From assembly GCA_043747615.1 (NCBI GenBank), contig JAYTOU010000015.1, positions 21,655 through 85,654 on the forward strand: DNA of 64,000 nt, in the 5' to 3' direction. Below the pieces are notes generated by a model. The model saw nothing but the letters and a program-made list of their open reading frames with translations. It had not been told where the DNA came from and made no database searches. The number at the start of each line of letters is the position of its first letter. Positions within the stretch are counted from its first letter, which is position 1. Source of the DNA: Myxococcales bacterium. GTDB lineage: Bacteria; Myxococcota_A; Polyangia; Polyangiales; Polyangiaceae. The position numbers and the translations under genes were made by a program. Positions 22,189-31,677 of this stretch are shown here, one piece after another.

Positions 22189-23121
22189 TCAGCCTGGGCC
22201 GACGACCCGGTTTCTTCCGGCCTGCTTCGCTTGGTAGAGCCGGGCGTCGGCGATGCTGAGCAACGTGTGCTTGTCGCGCCGCTCGCCGCAGCAGACGAGG
22301 GACGACACGCCTGCGCTCGCCGTCACGACGATGCGATGGTGCTCGAACGGAACGACCGTCTGCGATACGGCCCAGCGCAGGCGGTCTGCGAGCACGTAGC
22401 ACTGACGCACGTTGATCCCGCGCGCGAGCACCACGAACTCTTCGCCGCCGTAACGCGCAAGCAGGTCTTCGGTGCGCAGGCCCGCGGCGAGCACCTTTGC
22501 GGTGGTCTTCAGGACTTCGTCACCGCCGAGGTGCCCATAGGTGTCGTTCACCTTCTTGAAGAAATCCACGTCGAACATGATCGCGGAGATCTCGGTCTGG
22601 TGCCGCACCGCAAAGGCGATCTCGGACTCCAGGCGCTCATCGAGGTACTTGCGGTTGAAGACGCGCGTGAGACCGTCGAAGAGCGCGGCCTCGTACATCT
22701 TCTTCAGAGCGAGCTCTTCGTTTTCGTCGACCAGCGAGAAACGAAGCAGGCAATTCGGGCCGAGCCGCACGCGGTCCCCGTCGTTGAGCGCCACCGGCGA
22801 GCCCACCCGGACTTCGTTGACGAAGCTTCCGTTCGTGGATTTGTTGTCGTTGAGCATGTAAACGCCGCCGATGAGGACGATGCGGGCGTGGATCATGGAG
22901 ATGCTGGCGTCGTCGAATTTGAACGTGCAGTTGTCGCCGCGGCCGACCGTCACCACTTCGCGCGCGGGTATGGCGAAGACGCGCCCCGTGTCCGGACCCG
23001 TGGAGATCGTGAGCACGGCCCGCGTTCGATCCGTGGCCATCTCCTGCGACGCGACGACCAGCGTCTTCGAACGCAAGTGATCCGAGGATTCGGGATCGTT
23101 GTCGTCAGAAAAATCAGGCAT
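22189..23121 (-). CDS. FHA-domain diguanylate cyclase
   Basis: FHA motifs VGR, SISMIH, STNG; DGLTRVFNR, DVDFFKKVNDTYGH, I-site RTED, active site RYGGEEF. Confidence 0.93.
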   Translation of the reverse strand: MPDFSDDNDPESSDHLRSKTLVVASQEMATDRTRAVLTISTGPDTGRVFAIPAREVVTVGRGDNCTFKFDDASISMIHARIVLIGGVYMLNDNKSTNGSFVNEVRVGSPVALNDGDRVRLGPNCLLRFSLVDENEELALKKMYEAALFDGLTRVFNRKYLDERLESEIAFAVRHQTEISAIMFDVDFFKKVNDTYGHLGGDEVLKTTAKVLAAGLRTEDLLARYGGEEFVVLARGINVRQCYVLADRLRWAVSQTVVPFEHHRIVVTASAGVSSLVCCGERRDKHTLLSIADARLYQAKQAGRNRVVGPG

Positions 23122-23163
23122 CGTGCCTCAGGATCCGGCAAACGCGGCGGGCTTGTAAAGCCA

Positions 23164-24738
23164 TTACGATTTACCCATGTCTTTGAGCACGCGCATGGCC
23201 GCATTGTGGCCCGCCGCGCCGATCACGGCTCCGGCCGGATGGCACGCCGCGCTCGCCGAATAAAGGCCCTGGAGCGGAGTGGCGTAAGGGACGCGGTCTG
23301 CGAATCCGAAGGAGTTGTCCACGTGGTGGATGTGCCCGCGGGTGATGCCGAAGTGCTCTTCGATCTTTTGCGGATGAAGCGCGAAAGCGTCGACCACCAG
23401 GTCGGACGTCCCCGGGGCGAATCTGTCGCAGATGGCGAGGAGCTTCTTCACGTAGCCCGCCTCTTCTTTTTCCCACGTCGTCCCTTTGAGCTCGTACGGC
23501 ACCGACTGCACGAACAGCGCTGAGCTGTGGTTGCCCGCGTCGTCCTGGAGCGAAGGGTCGACCGCCGTGTGGATGTACCACTCGATGCTCGGGAACTCGG
23601 GGAGCGCGCCCTGCTCGACCGCCGTCCAGGATTCGCGGAGCGTTCGGATGACGTCTTTTTCGTTGGGCAAGAGATGGATCGTCGGACCGAAGCCCGTGGC
23701 GCCCGGTCGCCCCGCAGGCTGCCCGCGATCGTCGGGTAGGCAGGTGAACTTCGGAAGCCCTTTCAGGGCCAAATTCACCTTCATCGTCGTGCCGTCGCGC
23801 CGGTAGTTGTCGAGGCGCTTGTTGTAATCTGCAGGTAATCCGTCGGCCCCCACGAGATCGCGCATCCGGAACGGATCGGCGTTGCACACCACGACGTCGG
23901 CGCGGATCTCGGTGCCGTCTTTGAGAATGACGCCCTTCGTGATGCTCCCTTCGCGGACGATCTTCTTGACCCCCCGCCCGATCTCGATCGACGCCCCCTC
24001 TTTTTTCGCCTGCTCGGCGATGCGGTCGGAGACGGTGCCCATCCCGCCCTTCACCACCATCCACGTCCCGTCGGAGTCCGGGAGGCGGCACATGTTGTGG
24101 ATGAGAAAATTCATCCCGGTGCCGGGCGAATCCCAGCCGCCGTAGAGGCCCGAGAAGCCGTCGGTCACCACGTACATCGCTTTGACGAGATCGCTCTTGA
24201 ATCCGAAGCGCGAGATGTACGTGCTCGCGGGCTTCTTGCAGAGCTCGATGAACGCCGTACGGAGCGCCGGGCGCACGTACTTTTCAGCCGTGTCGTGGAT
24301 GGAGAGCGGCGCCTCCATCCAGGTGGGCGCGATGTCTTCGCGAAGCTTCGCGATCTCCGCCTGCATGGCCTCGTTGGCTTTCCAGTCCGCCTCCGAGAAA
24401 AAAGAGACGAACTGCTCGCGCATCTGCGCCTTGTCCGAGCCGAAGAGGAGGTAGCCCTTTCCAGTAGTCGGCAAAAAGTAATGCGGGTCACGCTTTAGAA
24501 CGGGAATGTCGACGCCGAGCTTGGCAATGAGCTCCGGCGGCATCAGCCCGAGCAGGTACGACCCGGTCGACGCCGCGAGGTTCGGTGCGCGCTTGAATGG
24601 CTTCTCCGTGCGTGTGGCGCCGCCCATCACGGGCTTCTCTTCGTAGACGCGGACGGAGAGACCCGCGCGGGCGAGCAAGAGAGCCGCGACGAGGCCGTTG
24701 TGCCCTGTCCCAATCACGACGGCGTCGCATCGATCCAT
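23164..24738 (-). CDS. Phytoene dehydrogenase-like NAD(P)/FAD oxidoreductase
   Basis: IGTGHNGLVAA..LAR.G, GGMG, HPAGAVIGAAGHNAA. Start 24738 preferred over 24759 because a TACCCT -10 lies 8 nt upstream. Confidence 0.88.
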   Translation of the reverse strand: MDRCDAVVIGTGHNGLVAALLLARAGLSVRVYEEKPVMGGATRTEKPFKRAPNLAASTGSYLLGLMPPELIAKLGVDIPVLKRDPHYFLPTTGKGYLLFGSDKAQMREQFVSFFSEADWKANEAMQAEIAKLREDIAPTWMEAPLSIHDTAEKYVRPALRTAFIELCKKPASTYISRFGFKSDLVKAMYVVTDGFSGLYGGWDSPGTGMNFLIHNMCRLPDSDGTWMVVKGGMGTVSDRIAEQAKKEGASIEIGRGVKKIVREGSITKGVILKDGTEIRADVVVCNADPFRMRDLVGADGLPADYNKRLDNYRRDGTTMKVNLALKGLPKFTCLPDDRGQPAGRPGATGFGPTIHLLPNEKDVIRTLRESWTAVEQGALPEFPSIEWYIHTAVDPSLQDDAGNHSSALFVQSVPYELKGTTWEKEEAGYVKKLLAICDRFAPGTSDLVVDAFALHPQKIEEHFGITRGHIHHVDNSFGFADRVPYATPLQGLYSASAACHPAGAVIGAAGHNAAMRVLKDMGKS

Positions 24739-24791
24739 GGGGCGCGAGGGTAGTTGCATTATTTCGTCTTGTCCCCTAAAAGCCCCATCAA

Positions 24792-25211
24792 ATGGCTACC
24801 CAGCGCACGCTTTCGATCGTCAAACCAGATGCAGTCGAGAAGAACCACACTGGCGCGATCCTCGCGCTCCTTGAAAAAGAGGGATTCCGCATCGTGGCTC
24901 TGCGCCGCACGCACCTTTCTCTCTCCGTCGCCCAGGGCTTTTACGCCGTCCACAAGGAGCGCGGATTTTTTGGCGAGCTCGTCCAGTTCATGACCCGCTC
25001 TCCCGTGGTGATCGCCGTCCTCGAAAAAGACGACGCCGTCGCCGCGTACCGAAAAGTCATGGGCGCGACCGATCCGGCAAAGGCCGACGCGGGCACGATC
25101 CGCAAGCTCTTCGGAGCGAACGTGGGCGAAAACGCCACGCACGGCTCGGACTCTGCCGAAAACGCGAACACCGAGATCGCGTACTTCTTCGCCGCCTCCG
25201 AAATCGCGTGA
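24792..25211 (+). CDS. ndk: Nucleoside-diphosphate kinase
   Basis: [20 protein letters not shown] and NATHGSDS motifs. Confidence 0.98.
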   Translation: MATQRTLSIVKPDAVEKNHTGAILALLEKEGFRIVALRRTHLSLSVAQGFYAVHKERGFFGELVQFMTRSPVVIAVLEKDDAVAAYRKVMGATDPAKADAGTIRKLFGANVGENATHGSDSAENANTEIAYFFAASEIA

Positions 25212-26041
25212 CCATAGAAGTCGGTCTCCGGCCGCTCATCGAGGCGGCGTTCAAGGAGCGTGGTCTCCTCGAGCGCGCCGCACATCGAACTGCAGTCGGC
25301 GAGACCATCGCAGCTCTCGATCGCGGAGAGCTTCGGGTCGCTTCTCCGCCGACCAATCCGGACGACGACTGGACGACGCACGCTTGGATCAAGGAGGCCA
25401 TTCTTCTCTACTTCGCCATGCAAAAGATGGAGAAGCTCGAGGTTGGCCCCTTCGAATTCCACGATAAAATCCCTCTCAAACACGGTCTCGACAAGGCCGG
25501 CGCACGCGTGGTTCCCCCCGGCACCGTGCGCTATGGTGCCTTTCTCGGCGCGGGCTCGATCGTCATGCCCGGATACGTCAACATCGGCGCCTACGTTGGC
25601 GAGCGAACGATGGTCGACACCTGGGCAACGGTGGGATCGTGCGCGCAGGTCGGGAAGGATTGCCACCTCGCCGGCGGCGTCGGCATCGGCGGCGTCCTCG
25701 AGCCCGCGTCTGCACGCCCGGTGATCATCGAAGACGGCGTCTTCGTCGGCTCGCGCGCGGTCGTCGTGGAAGGCGTGCGCGTGGGGAGAGAAGCGGTCAT
25801 CGGAGCCGGCGTGGTGCTGACCGCCTCGACCGTCATCCTCGACGTCTCTGGATCCGAGGTCGTCGAGCGCCGCGGGAGCATCCCACCGCGAAGCGTGGTC
25901 ATCCCTGGCTCGCGCACCAAGCGCTTCCCCGCCGGCGATTTCGCGGTACCTTGTGCGCTCATCATCGGGCAGCGAACCGAGAGCACCGACCGAAAAGTGA
26001 GCCTCAATGACGCCCTCCGCGCCTTCAACGTTCCCGTTTAA
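25208..26041 (+). CDS. dapD: 2,3,4,5-tetrahydropyridine-2,6-dicarboxylate N-succinyltransferase
   Basis: [35 protein letters not shown] and GIGGVLEP motifs. Confidence 0.96.
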   Translation: MTIEVGLRPLIEAAFKERGLLERAAHRTAVGETIAALDRGELRVASPPTNPDDDWTTHAWIKEAILLYFAMQKMEKLEVGPFEFHDKIPLKHGLDKAGARVVPPGTVRYGAFLGAGSIVMPGYVNIGAYVGERTMVDTWATVGSCAQVGKDCHLAGGVGIGGVLEPASARPVIIEDGVFVGSRAVVVEGVRVGREAVIGAGVVLTASTVILDVSGSEVVERRGSIPPRSVVIPGSRTKRFPAGDFAVPCALIIGQRTESTDRKVSLNDALRAFNVPV

Positions 26042-27131
26042 TCTGCACGAAAGCGCGCTCGACGAAACGCTCCTGTGGCTGTGCGCGATCCCTTCGCCGA
26101 TCGGCGAGGAAGAGGCCATCTGTGACGCCGTCGAAGCTCGGATGGCGAAGCTGCCGCTCGCCGCGCCCATTCGCCGGTACGGCAACTCTCTCGTCGTCCC
26201 GGTGACTCGCGGCGACGGCTTGCCGCGCATCGCGCTCGTCGGTCACCTCGACACGGTGCGCACCGAAAATGGCCCCGCCCGCATCGCCGATGGTCGCTGC
26301 TACGGAGCAGGCGCGAGCGACATGAAGAGCGGCCTCGCGGTGATGATCTGCGTCGCCGAGCTCCTCAGCACAGTACTCACGTGCGCGCTCACGCTGGTCT
26401 TCTACGCCAAGGAAGAAGGCCCTTTTTCGGAGAACGAGCTCGGCGTGGTCCTCGCCGAAGATCCCGAGCTCGCGCACGTGGATCTCGCGGTGTGCCTCGA
26501 GCCGTCGAACAATCTATTGCATGTAGGCTGCACGGGATCGATCCATGCGACGGTCACCGTCCAAGGTCGCACGTCGCACAGCGCGCGGCCTTGGGAGGGG
26601 CAAAACGCGATCACGCGTGCAGCCCCGCTCCTCGCGAAGCTCGGGGCAATGAAAGCCGAGGAGCACGTGATCGAAGGCCACATCTACAGAAGCGTCTTCA
26701 CGGTCACCCAGGCGAAGGACGGCGGGCGCGGGCGAAACGTCGTCCCTGATCGCTTCGTCCTCAACCTGAACCACCGCTTTGCACCGGACACCACGCTCGA
26801 CGAGGCGACGCTCACGCTTCGGTCGGTCGTAGGCGACGCAGGTACGATCGAAATCACCGATCTCAGCCCCCCCGCCATGCCCAACGCCGGGAACCCTCTC
26901 GTCCGCGCCCTCATCGCCGCCGGCGTGAAGGGGGTCGAGCCGAAACAGGCGTGGACCGACGTGGCCCGATTTGCCCAAAAAGGCATCAGCGCGGTCAACT
27001 TTGGGCCAGGCGAAAATGCCCAGGCGCACCAGAAAAATGAGTCCACCGCGCTGGCGTTAGTCCACGAAGGTTTCGCAATCATCAAACGTTGGTTGACTTC
27101 GCTCGGCTCAAGCGCGATTCCGGGGGGATGA
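26007..27131 (+). CDS. dapE: Succinyl-diaminopimelate desuccinylase (M20 family)
   Basis: GHLDTV, GASDMK, EEG, HSARPW.G.NA, WTDVARF, NFGPG and AH motifs; follows dapD. Confidence 0.88.
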   Translation: MTPSAPSTFPFNLHESALDETLLWLCAIPSPIGEEEAICDAVEARMAKLPLAAPIRRYGNSLVVPVTRGDGLPRIALVGHLDTVRTENGPARIADGRCYGAGASDMKSGLAVMICVAELLSTVLTCALTLVFYAKEEGPFSENELGVVLAEDPELAHVDLAVCLEPSNNLLHVGCTGSIHATVTVQGRTSHSARPWEGQNAITRAAPLLAKLGAMKAEEHVIEGHIYRSVFTVTQAKDGGRGRNVVPDRFVLNLNHRFAPDTTLDEATLTLRSVVGDAGTIEITDLSPPAMPNAGNPLVRALIAAGVKGVEPKQAWTDVARFAQKGISAVNFGPGENAQAHQKNESTALALVHEGFAIIKRWLTSLGSSAIPGG

Positions 27132-27640
27132 AGGTCCATCGCCTTACCCTCGCTCTCCTCGCTCTCCTCGCCCTCGGTGCTTGCAAGAAAAAGCCGCCGG
27201 AGGTCGCCGATGCTGGGGAGTCCGCTGCGGTTGCCGACACACCGGATGCGAACGCTGCCGATCCCGTGACCACCAACGGCGCGAACGTGGCCCGCTTCGG
27301 CGACGAAGTTAAGATCGACAAAGTCGTGGCGGTCGTCCTCTCGAACAATGCGCAGGTCCGCGAGGATCCGGCCGGCGGAAAGCTCTTTGCCACGATTCCC
27401 AAGGGCGCAAGCGTCACCCAGCTCGCCGAGCACGAAGGTCACATCCTCGTGGTCTTCGACAACCCGAAGGCGCCTAGCGAAAAGCTCAGTGGCTGGGTCG
27501 GCAAAGACATCTTCACCGCGAGCGCCGTGCACGCGGCTCCGAAAGGCGACGGCGGAGCGGCCGCAGGGGATGGCGGAGCCGCGAAGGCCGCGGGCGACGC
27601 GGGGGCCAAGGGCGGGCTGAAGACCGGGATCACGAGGTAG
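27128..27640 (+). CDS. Lipoprotein with SH3b-like domain
   Basis: Lipobox LGAC; VREDP...IPKGASVT...SGWV resembles a bacterial SH3; ATGA overlap with dapE. Confidence 0.65.
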   Translation: MKVHRLTLALLALLALGACKKKPPEVADAGESAAVADTPDANAADPVTTNGANVARFGDEVKIDKVVAVVLSNNAQVREDPAGGKLFATIPKGASVTQLAEHEGHILVVFDNPKAPSEKLSGWVGKDIFTASAVHAAPKGDGGAAAGDGGAAKAAGDAGAKGGLKTGITR

Positions 27641-27694
27641 TCGCCAGATGGTTGCCACGCGACACAGGCTTCCGAAGGTCGCTTAAAGTCCACG

Positions 27695-29056
27695 ATGGCC
27701 AAGGCGATCACGCAGTACAGCTGCCAGGCCTGCGGAGCTCTTTTTCCGAAGTGGGTAGGGCGCTGCTCGGGCTGCAGCGCGTGGAACACGCTCGTCGAAG
27801 AATCGGTGCAGAAGAAAGCAGGCGGCGGCCGTGTCACGAGCAGCATCGCCGCCCGCGCCGTTCCGGTGAGCGAGATCGACGTCGATCACGCGGCTCGTAT
27901 TCCCACGGGGATCGCCGAGCTCGATCGGGTCCTTGGTGGTGGCGCGGTCCTCGGCGGCGTGACCCTCGTGGGCGGCGATCCGGGCGTAGGGAAATCGACG
28001 CTGCTCATGCAGGCGCTGGCCGGCCTCGCCGCAAAGGGTTGTCGCTCGCTCTACGTGTCGGGCGAAGAGAGCGCTTCCCAGACCGCGTCACGCGCGCGCA
28101 GACTCGGCGCGATGACCGAAGACCTCCTGGTCCTCGCGGAGAACGACCTCGAGATCATCGAGCGCATCGTGGCCGAGGTAAAGCCGACGGCGCTCGTGAT
28201 CGACAGCGTCCAGACCGTGCGCTCGCCTTCGCTCGAGAGCGCGGCGGGAACGGTGAGTCAGCTCCGCGAAGTCGCGTCGCGCATCGTCGAGCTCTCCAAG
28301 CGTGAGCGGATCGCCACGTTCCTCATCGGCCACGTCACGAAGGACGGCTCGCTCGCGGGGCCGAAGGTCCTCGAGCACCTCGTCGACACCGTCCTCGCGT
28401 TCGAAGGGGAGCGCGGGCATGCGTTTCGTGCGCTTCGCACTCAGAAAAATCGCTTCGGCAGCGCGACGGAAGTGGGCGTCTTCGAGATGACCTCCGAGGG
28501 CATGCGCGAGGTGCCGAATGCGAGCGCATTTTTTCTGGCGGAGCGCCCCAAGGGGGTGTCCGGGAGCATCGTTGCGGCGACGAGTGAGGGCTCGCGCTCG
28601 ATGCTCGTCGAGGTGCAAGCGCTGGTCGGTCCGCTCTCGCTCGGCTCGCCGCGGCGCACCGCAAACGGAGTCGACGGGGCACGTCTGGCGATGATCCTCG
28701 CCGTGCTCGAGCGCAAGGTCGGCCTCGCGGTTGCGGGCTCCGACGTCTTCGTCAACATCGCCGGCGGCGTACGCGTCGACGAGCCCGCGCTCGATCTCCC
28801 GGTCGCGCTCTCCGTCGCGTCGAGCTTGCGCGATCGTCCCATCGGCGCCGACGTCGTGGCCTTCGGAGAAATCGGCTTGGCCGGAGAAGTACGGGGCGTC
28901 GCCCGGGCCCAGCCGCGCCTCGCAGAAGCCGCCGCCATGGGATTCAAGCGCGCTATAGTTCCGGCGAGCGTCCAAGAGCAGGCTGAGCTGCGCGCGCTGG
29001 GAATCGAAGTCATCGGCGTTCGCACGCTCGAAGAGGCGCTGGCCGCGCTGTCCTAA
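27695..29056 (+). CDS. radA: DNA repair protein RadA/Sms
   Basis: CxxC..KW.GRCxxC zinc finger, GDPGVGKST, KNRFG and GEIGLAGEVR motifs. Confidence 0.98.
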   Translation: MAKAITQYSCQACGALFPKWVGRCSGCSAWNTLVEESVQKKAGGGRVTSSIAARAVPVSEIDVDHAARIPTGIAELDRVLGGGAVLGGVTLVGGDPGVGKSTLLMQALAGLAAKGCRSLYVSGEESASQTASRARRLGAMTEDLLVLAENDLEIIERIVAEVKPTALVIDSVQTVRSPSLESAAGTVSQLREVASRIVELSKRERIATFLIGHVTKDGSLAGPKVLEHLVDTVLAFEGERGHAFRALRTQKNRFGSATEVGVFEMTSEGMREVPNASAFFLAERPKGVSGSIVAATSEGSRSMLVEVQALVGPLSLGSPRRTANGVDGARLAMILAVLERKVGLAVAGSDVFVNIAGGVRVDEPALDLPVALSVASSLRDRPIGADVVAFGEIGLAGEVRGVARAQPRLAEAAAMGFKRAIVPASVQEQAELRALGIEVIGVRTLEEALAALS

Positions 29057-29077
29057 CAAGTGGTAGAAAAGACACCC

Positions 29078-29650
29078 ATGAAAACCCTCGTTATTGTGAA
29101 GCCCGCGCGGCGTGTCAGCGCGTTGATGTGTGCGTCCCTTGTTCTTGCGGCTTGCGGCGGCGCTGGCGCCAGCGGAGCCGCCGGTAAAGGCCCCGACAGT
29201 CCTGCGAGCGAAGGCGGCGGACACCCCCTCGTCGGCAGCCCTGCGCCCGACTTTAAAGCGGACTCGCTCAACGGTCAGGGAAAAATTTCCGTGAAGGGCA
29301 TGGAAGGAAAAGTGGTCATCGTCGACTTCTGGGCAACGTGGTGTGAGCCCTGCAAGAAGTCCTTCCCCAAGCTTCAAGAGCTCAACGTCAAGTACAAGGC
29401 GAGCGGCTTGGAGATCGTTGGGATTTCCGAGGACGACGAGAAGGGCGGCATTGCCGACTTCGGCAGCACGTACGGCTCCAAGTTCCCTCTCGGTTGGGAC
29501 GACGGCAAGAGCATCGCTGGAAAATGGCAGCCCAAGAGCATGCCCGCGTCGTTCATCGTCGACCGCAAAGGCATCGTGCGCTTTGCGCATCTCGGCTATC
29601 ATGACGGTGACGAGGTCACGATCGAGAAGGAAGTCAAAAGCCTTCTCTAG
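29078..29650 (+). CDS. TlpA/ResA-like thiol-disulfide oxidoreductase lipoprotein
   Basis: Lipobox LAAC; APDF, DFWATWCEPC, MP.SFIVDRKG. Alternative GTG start at 29060. Confidence 0.9.
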   Translation: MKTLVIVKPARRVSALMCASLVLAACGGAGASGAAGKGPDSPASEGGGHPLVGSPAPDFKADSLNGQGKISVKGMEGKVVIVDFWATWCEPCKKSFPKLQELNVKYKASGLEIVGISEDDEKGGIADFGSTYGSKFPLGWDDGKSIAGKWQPKSMPASFIVDRKGIVRFAHLGYHDGDEVTIEKEVKSLL

Positions 29651-29682
29651 AGTAGCCGCGCCCGAACGAGATCTGAGGGCTA

Positions 29683-30513
29683 TTGATCCGAGGTCGACAC
29701 ATCGTTCTTTGCCTCGCGTTCCTTTGTGCGAGTGGGGGCCTCGAAGGAATTTCCGTAGCGCAAGACCTGAACGCCGCACGCCACGACATCGAGGGCGCGG
29801 ACGACTTCCGGCTGCGTATGGCCGCGGCCCTTGCGCTCGGAAGAGCAAAGCCGTCGGACGCGCGCGTGCTGCTCGAGAAGGCGCTCTCCGATCCGCATCC
29901 CGCGGTACGTACGGCGGCGGCTGCGTCTCTCACCGCGCTTCACGATCCGGCGGCCATCCCCGCGCTCGAACGCCACCTCGCGGGGGAGGGGTCGGCGAGC
30001 GTCAAATCGCAAATGAAGTCGAGCATCGATTCGCTGCGCGGGGGAGAGGCTGCGGCGCACGCGCCCACCGCGAAGTATCTGGTGCAGCTAGGGGCAATGA
30101 AGAACCTGACGAGCGTGCGCGGGGAGCAGCTCGGGCAGGTCCTTCGAACGGCCGCTCGGGAACGCGCGGCATCGATTCCAGGAGCGCTCCTCAGCGATGA
30201 CGCTGCAGCCGCAAAGCTCGCGGGCGTCCCCACGCTCCTCCTCGATGGCTCCGTTCTGCAGCTCTCGCAGACCCGCGCGAACGGGAACGTAACGTTCTCC
30301 GCCCAGGTTGAGTTCAGCGTCCGCAAGGTGCCCGAGCACACGCTCCGCGCAACGCTCACCGGAGCGGCCACGACGCTCGGCACCCAGGTATCGCTCAACG
30401 GTCACCAGGACAAGGTCAGCGCCCTCCAGGATCAAGCCGTCGACGGCGCAGTACAAAGCGCGATGCGCGGTGCCAGCTCGGGCCTCACCGCCGCACTGAG
30501 CTCGGCGCGATAA
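29683..30513 (+). CDS. Exported HEAT-repeat protein
   Basis: Signal-like N-terminus; HEAT-like repeats (RLRMAAALALGR, DPHPAVRTAAAASL, SVKSQMKSSI). Confidence 0.7.
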   Translation: MIRGRHIVLCLAFLCASGGLEGISVAQDLNAARHDIEGADDFRLRMAAALALGRAKPSDARVLLEKALSDPHPAVRTAAAASLTALHDPAAIPALERHLAGEGSASVKSQMKSSIDSLRGGEAAAHAPTAKYLVQLGAMKNLTSVRGEQLGQVLRTAARERAASIPGALLSDDAAAAKLAGVPTLLLDGSVLQLSQTRANGNVTFSAQVEFSVRKVPEHTLRATLTGAATTLGTQVSLNGHQDKVSALQDQAVDGAVQSAMRGASSGLTAALSSAR

Positions 30514-30541
30514 CCCCTCGGCACGTCACCACGCTCGTCCA

Positions 30542-31645
30542 TTGGCCCGGGTTCTCTTCATTTCGAAACCAATCGCACCACCGTGGCACGACGGTTCGAA
30601 GAACCTCGTGCGCGACGTCGCTGCGAATCTCAAGCGTGCCGAGCCCACCGTCCTCACGACGCTCGGCGCCCCGTCGATTGGTCCTCGGGTGAAGATGGAG
30701 CCTATTTACAGCGACGCGGGGGGCTTCGCACCGGCGCTGCTCGCAAATGCGCGGGTCATGCAGCGCCTCCTCAGAGGCGACCCTCACGAGATCTGGAATT
30801 TCTTTTTCGCTCCGAATGCCGTCTCGTCCACGGCTGCACGAATGGCCAAGGCCGCGCGCAGGGCCATGGGCTGGAAAGGGCTGGTGGTGCAAACGGTGGT
30901 GAGCGCCCCGCGCGATTTTCGCGGAGTGTCGTCCTTGATTTTCGGAAACCGGGTGGTCGTGCTGAGCGAGTGGACGCGCGCTTCGATGATCGGGGCGGGG
31001 CTCAGCGCAAAGGAGATCAGCGTCATCCCTCCGTGCGCCGCGCCGCCGCGCGAGGTCACCGCCGAAGAGCGGGCTGCCCTACGGAAACAGCTCGATCTCG
31101 GGGACGCGCCCCTCGTCGTCTATCCGGGCGACTACGAGACTTCGCACGGCGCCGAGACCGTGGCCCGCGCGCTCCCTCTGGTCCTTGGGGCCGTTCCGGA
31201 GGCGCGCTTCGTCTTCGCCTGCCGCCCCAAAACCAAGGAAGCGGACGCCGCCCGCCTGGAGATCGTGGAGCTCCTGGGAAAAGATGCAATCTACACGCGT
31301 CACGTAGGTGAGCTGGATGACATCACGGCGCTCCTCGCCGAGGCCAAGGTGATTGCTTTCCCGGTGGACGATCTCTACGGCAAGGTCGATCTGCCCATCG
31401 TGCTCCTCGAAGCGCTGGCTCTGAAAATCCCGATGGTTCTCGCGCGCGGCGGGCCGCTCGAGGCTATTTCGTCGGCGCGCTTCGTGGAGCCTGGGGACCA
31501 TGTGGCTCTCGCCCGGGCGCTCGTCCACCTTCTCCGCGGCAACGGGGCGCGCGAGGTCGCCGAAGCAGGCCGCGTCCTCTACGACACGAAGTTCACCCCC
31601 CGGGTAGTGGCCGCCGCCTACGACGATCTGTACGCCCGGCGGTAA
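30542..31645 (+). CDS. Glycosyltransferase family 4 (GT-B)
   Basis: VVVLSEWTR, VIPP, LPIVLLEALALKIPMV and VEPGDHVALARAL motifs. Confidence 0.85.
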   Translation: MARVLFISKPIAPPWHDGSKNLVRDVAANLKRAEPTVLTTLGAPSIGPRVKMEPIYSDAGGFAPALLANARVMQRLLRGDPHEIWNFFFAPNAVSSTAARMAKAARRAMGWKGLVVQTVVSAPRDFRGVSSLIFGNRVVVLSEWTRASMIGAGLSAKEISVIPPCAAPPREVTAEERAALRKQLDLGDAPLVVYPGDYETSHGAETVARALPLVLGAVPEARFVFACRPKTKEADAARLEIVELLGKDAIYTRHVGELDDITALLAEAKVIAFPVDDLYGKVDLPIVLLEALALKIPMVLARGGPLEAISSARFVEPGDHVALARALVHLLRGNGAREVAEAGRVLYDTKFTPRVVAAAYDDLYARR

Positions 31646-31677
31646 CGCTTGCGAGTGTGCTAAATCGAAGCAGTCAA

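Noticed and set aside
27540..27620. Repeated GDGGAA/GDAGA units
   Set aside because: Low-complexity protein linker, not a DNA repeat array.
30584..30600. TGGCACG sigma54-like -24 box
   Set aside because: Inside the glycosyltransferase CDS and lacks a correctly spaced -12 GC.
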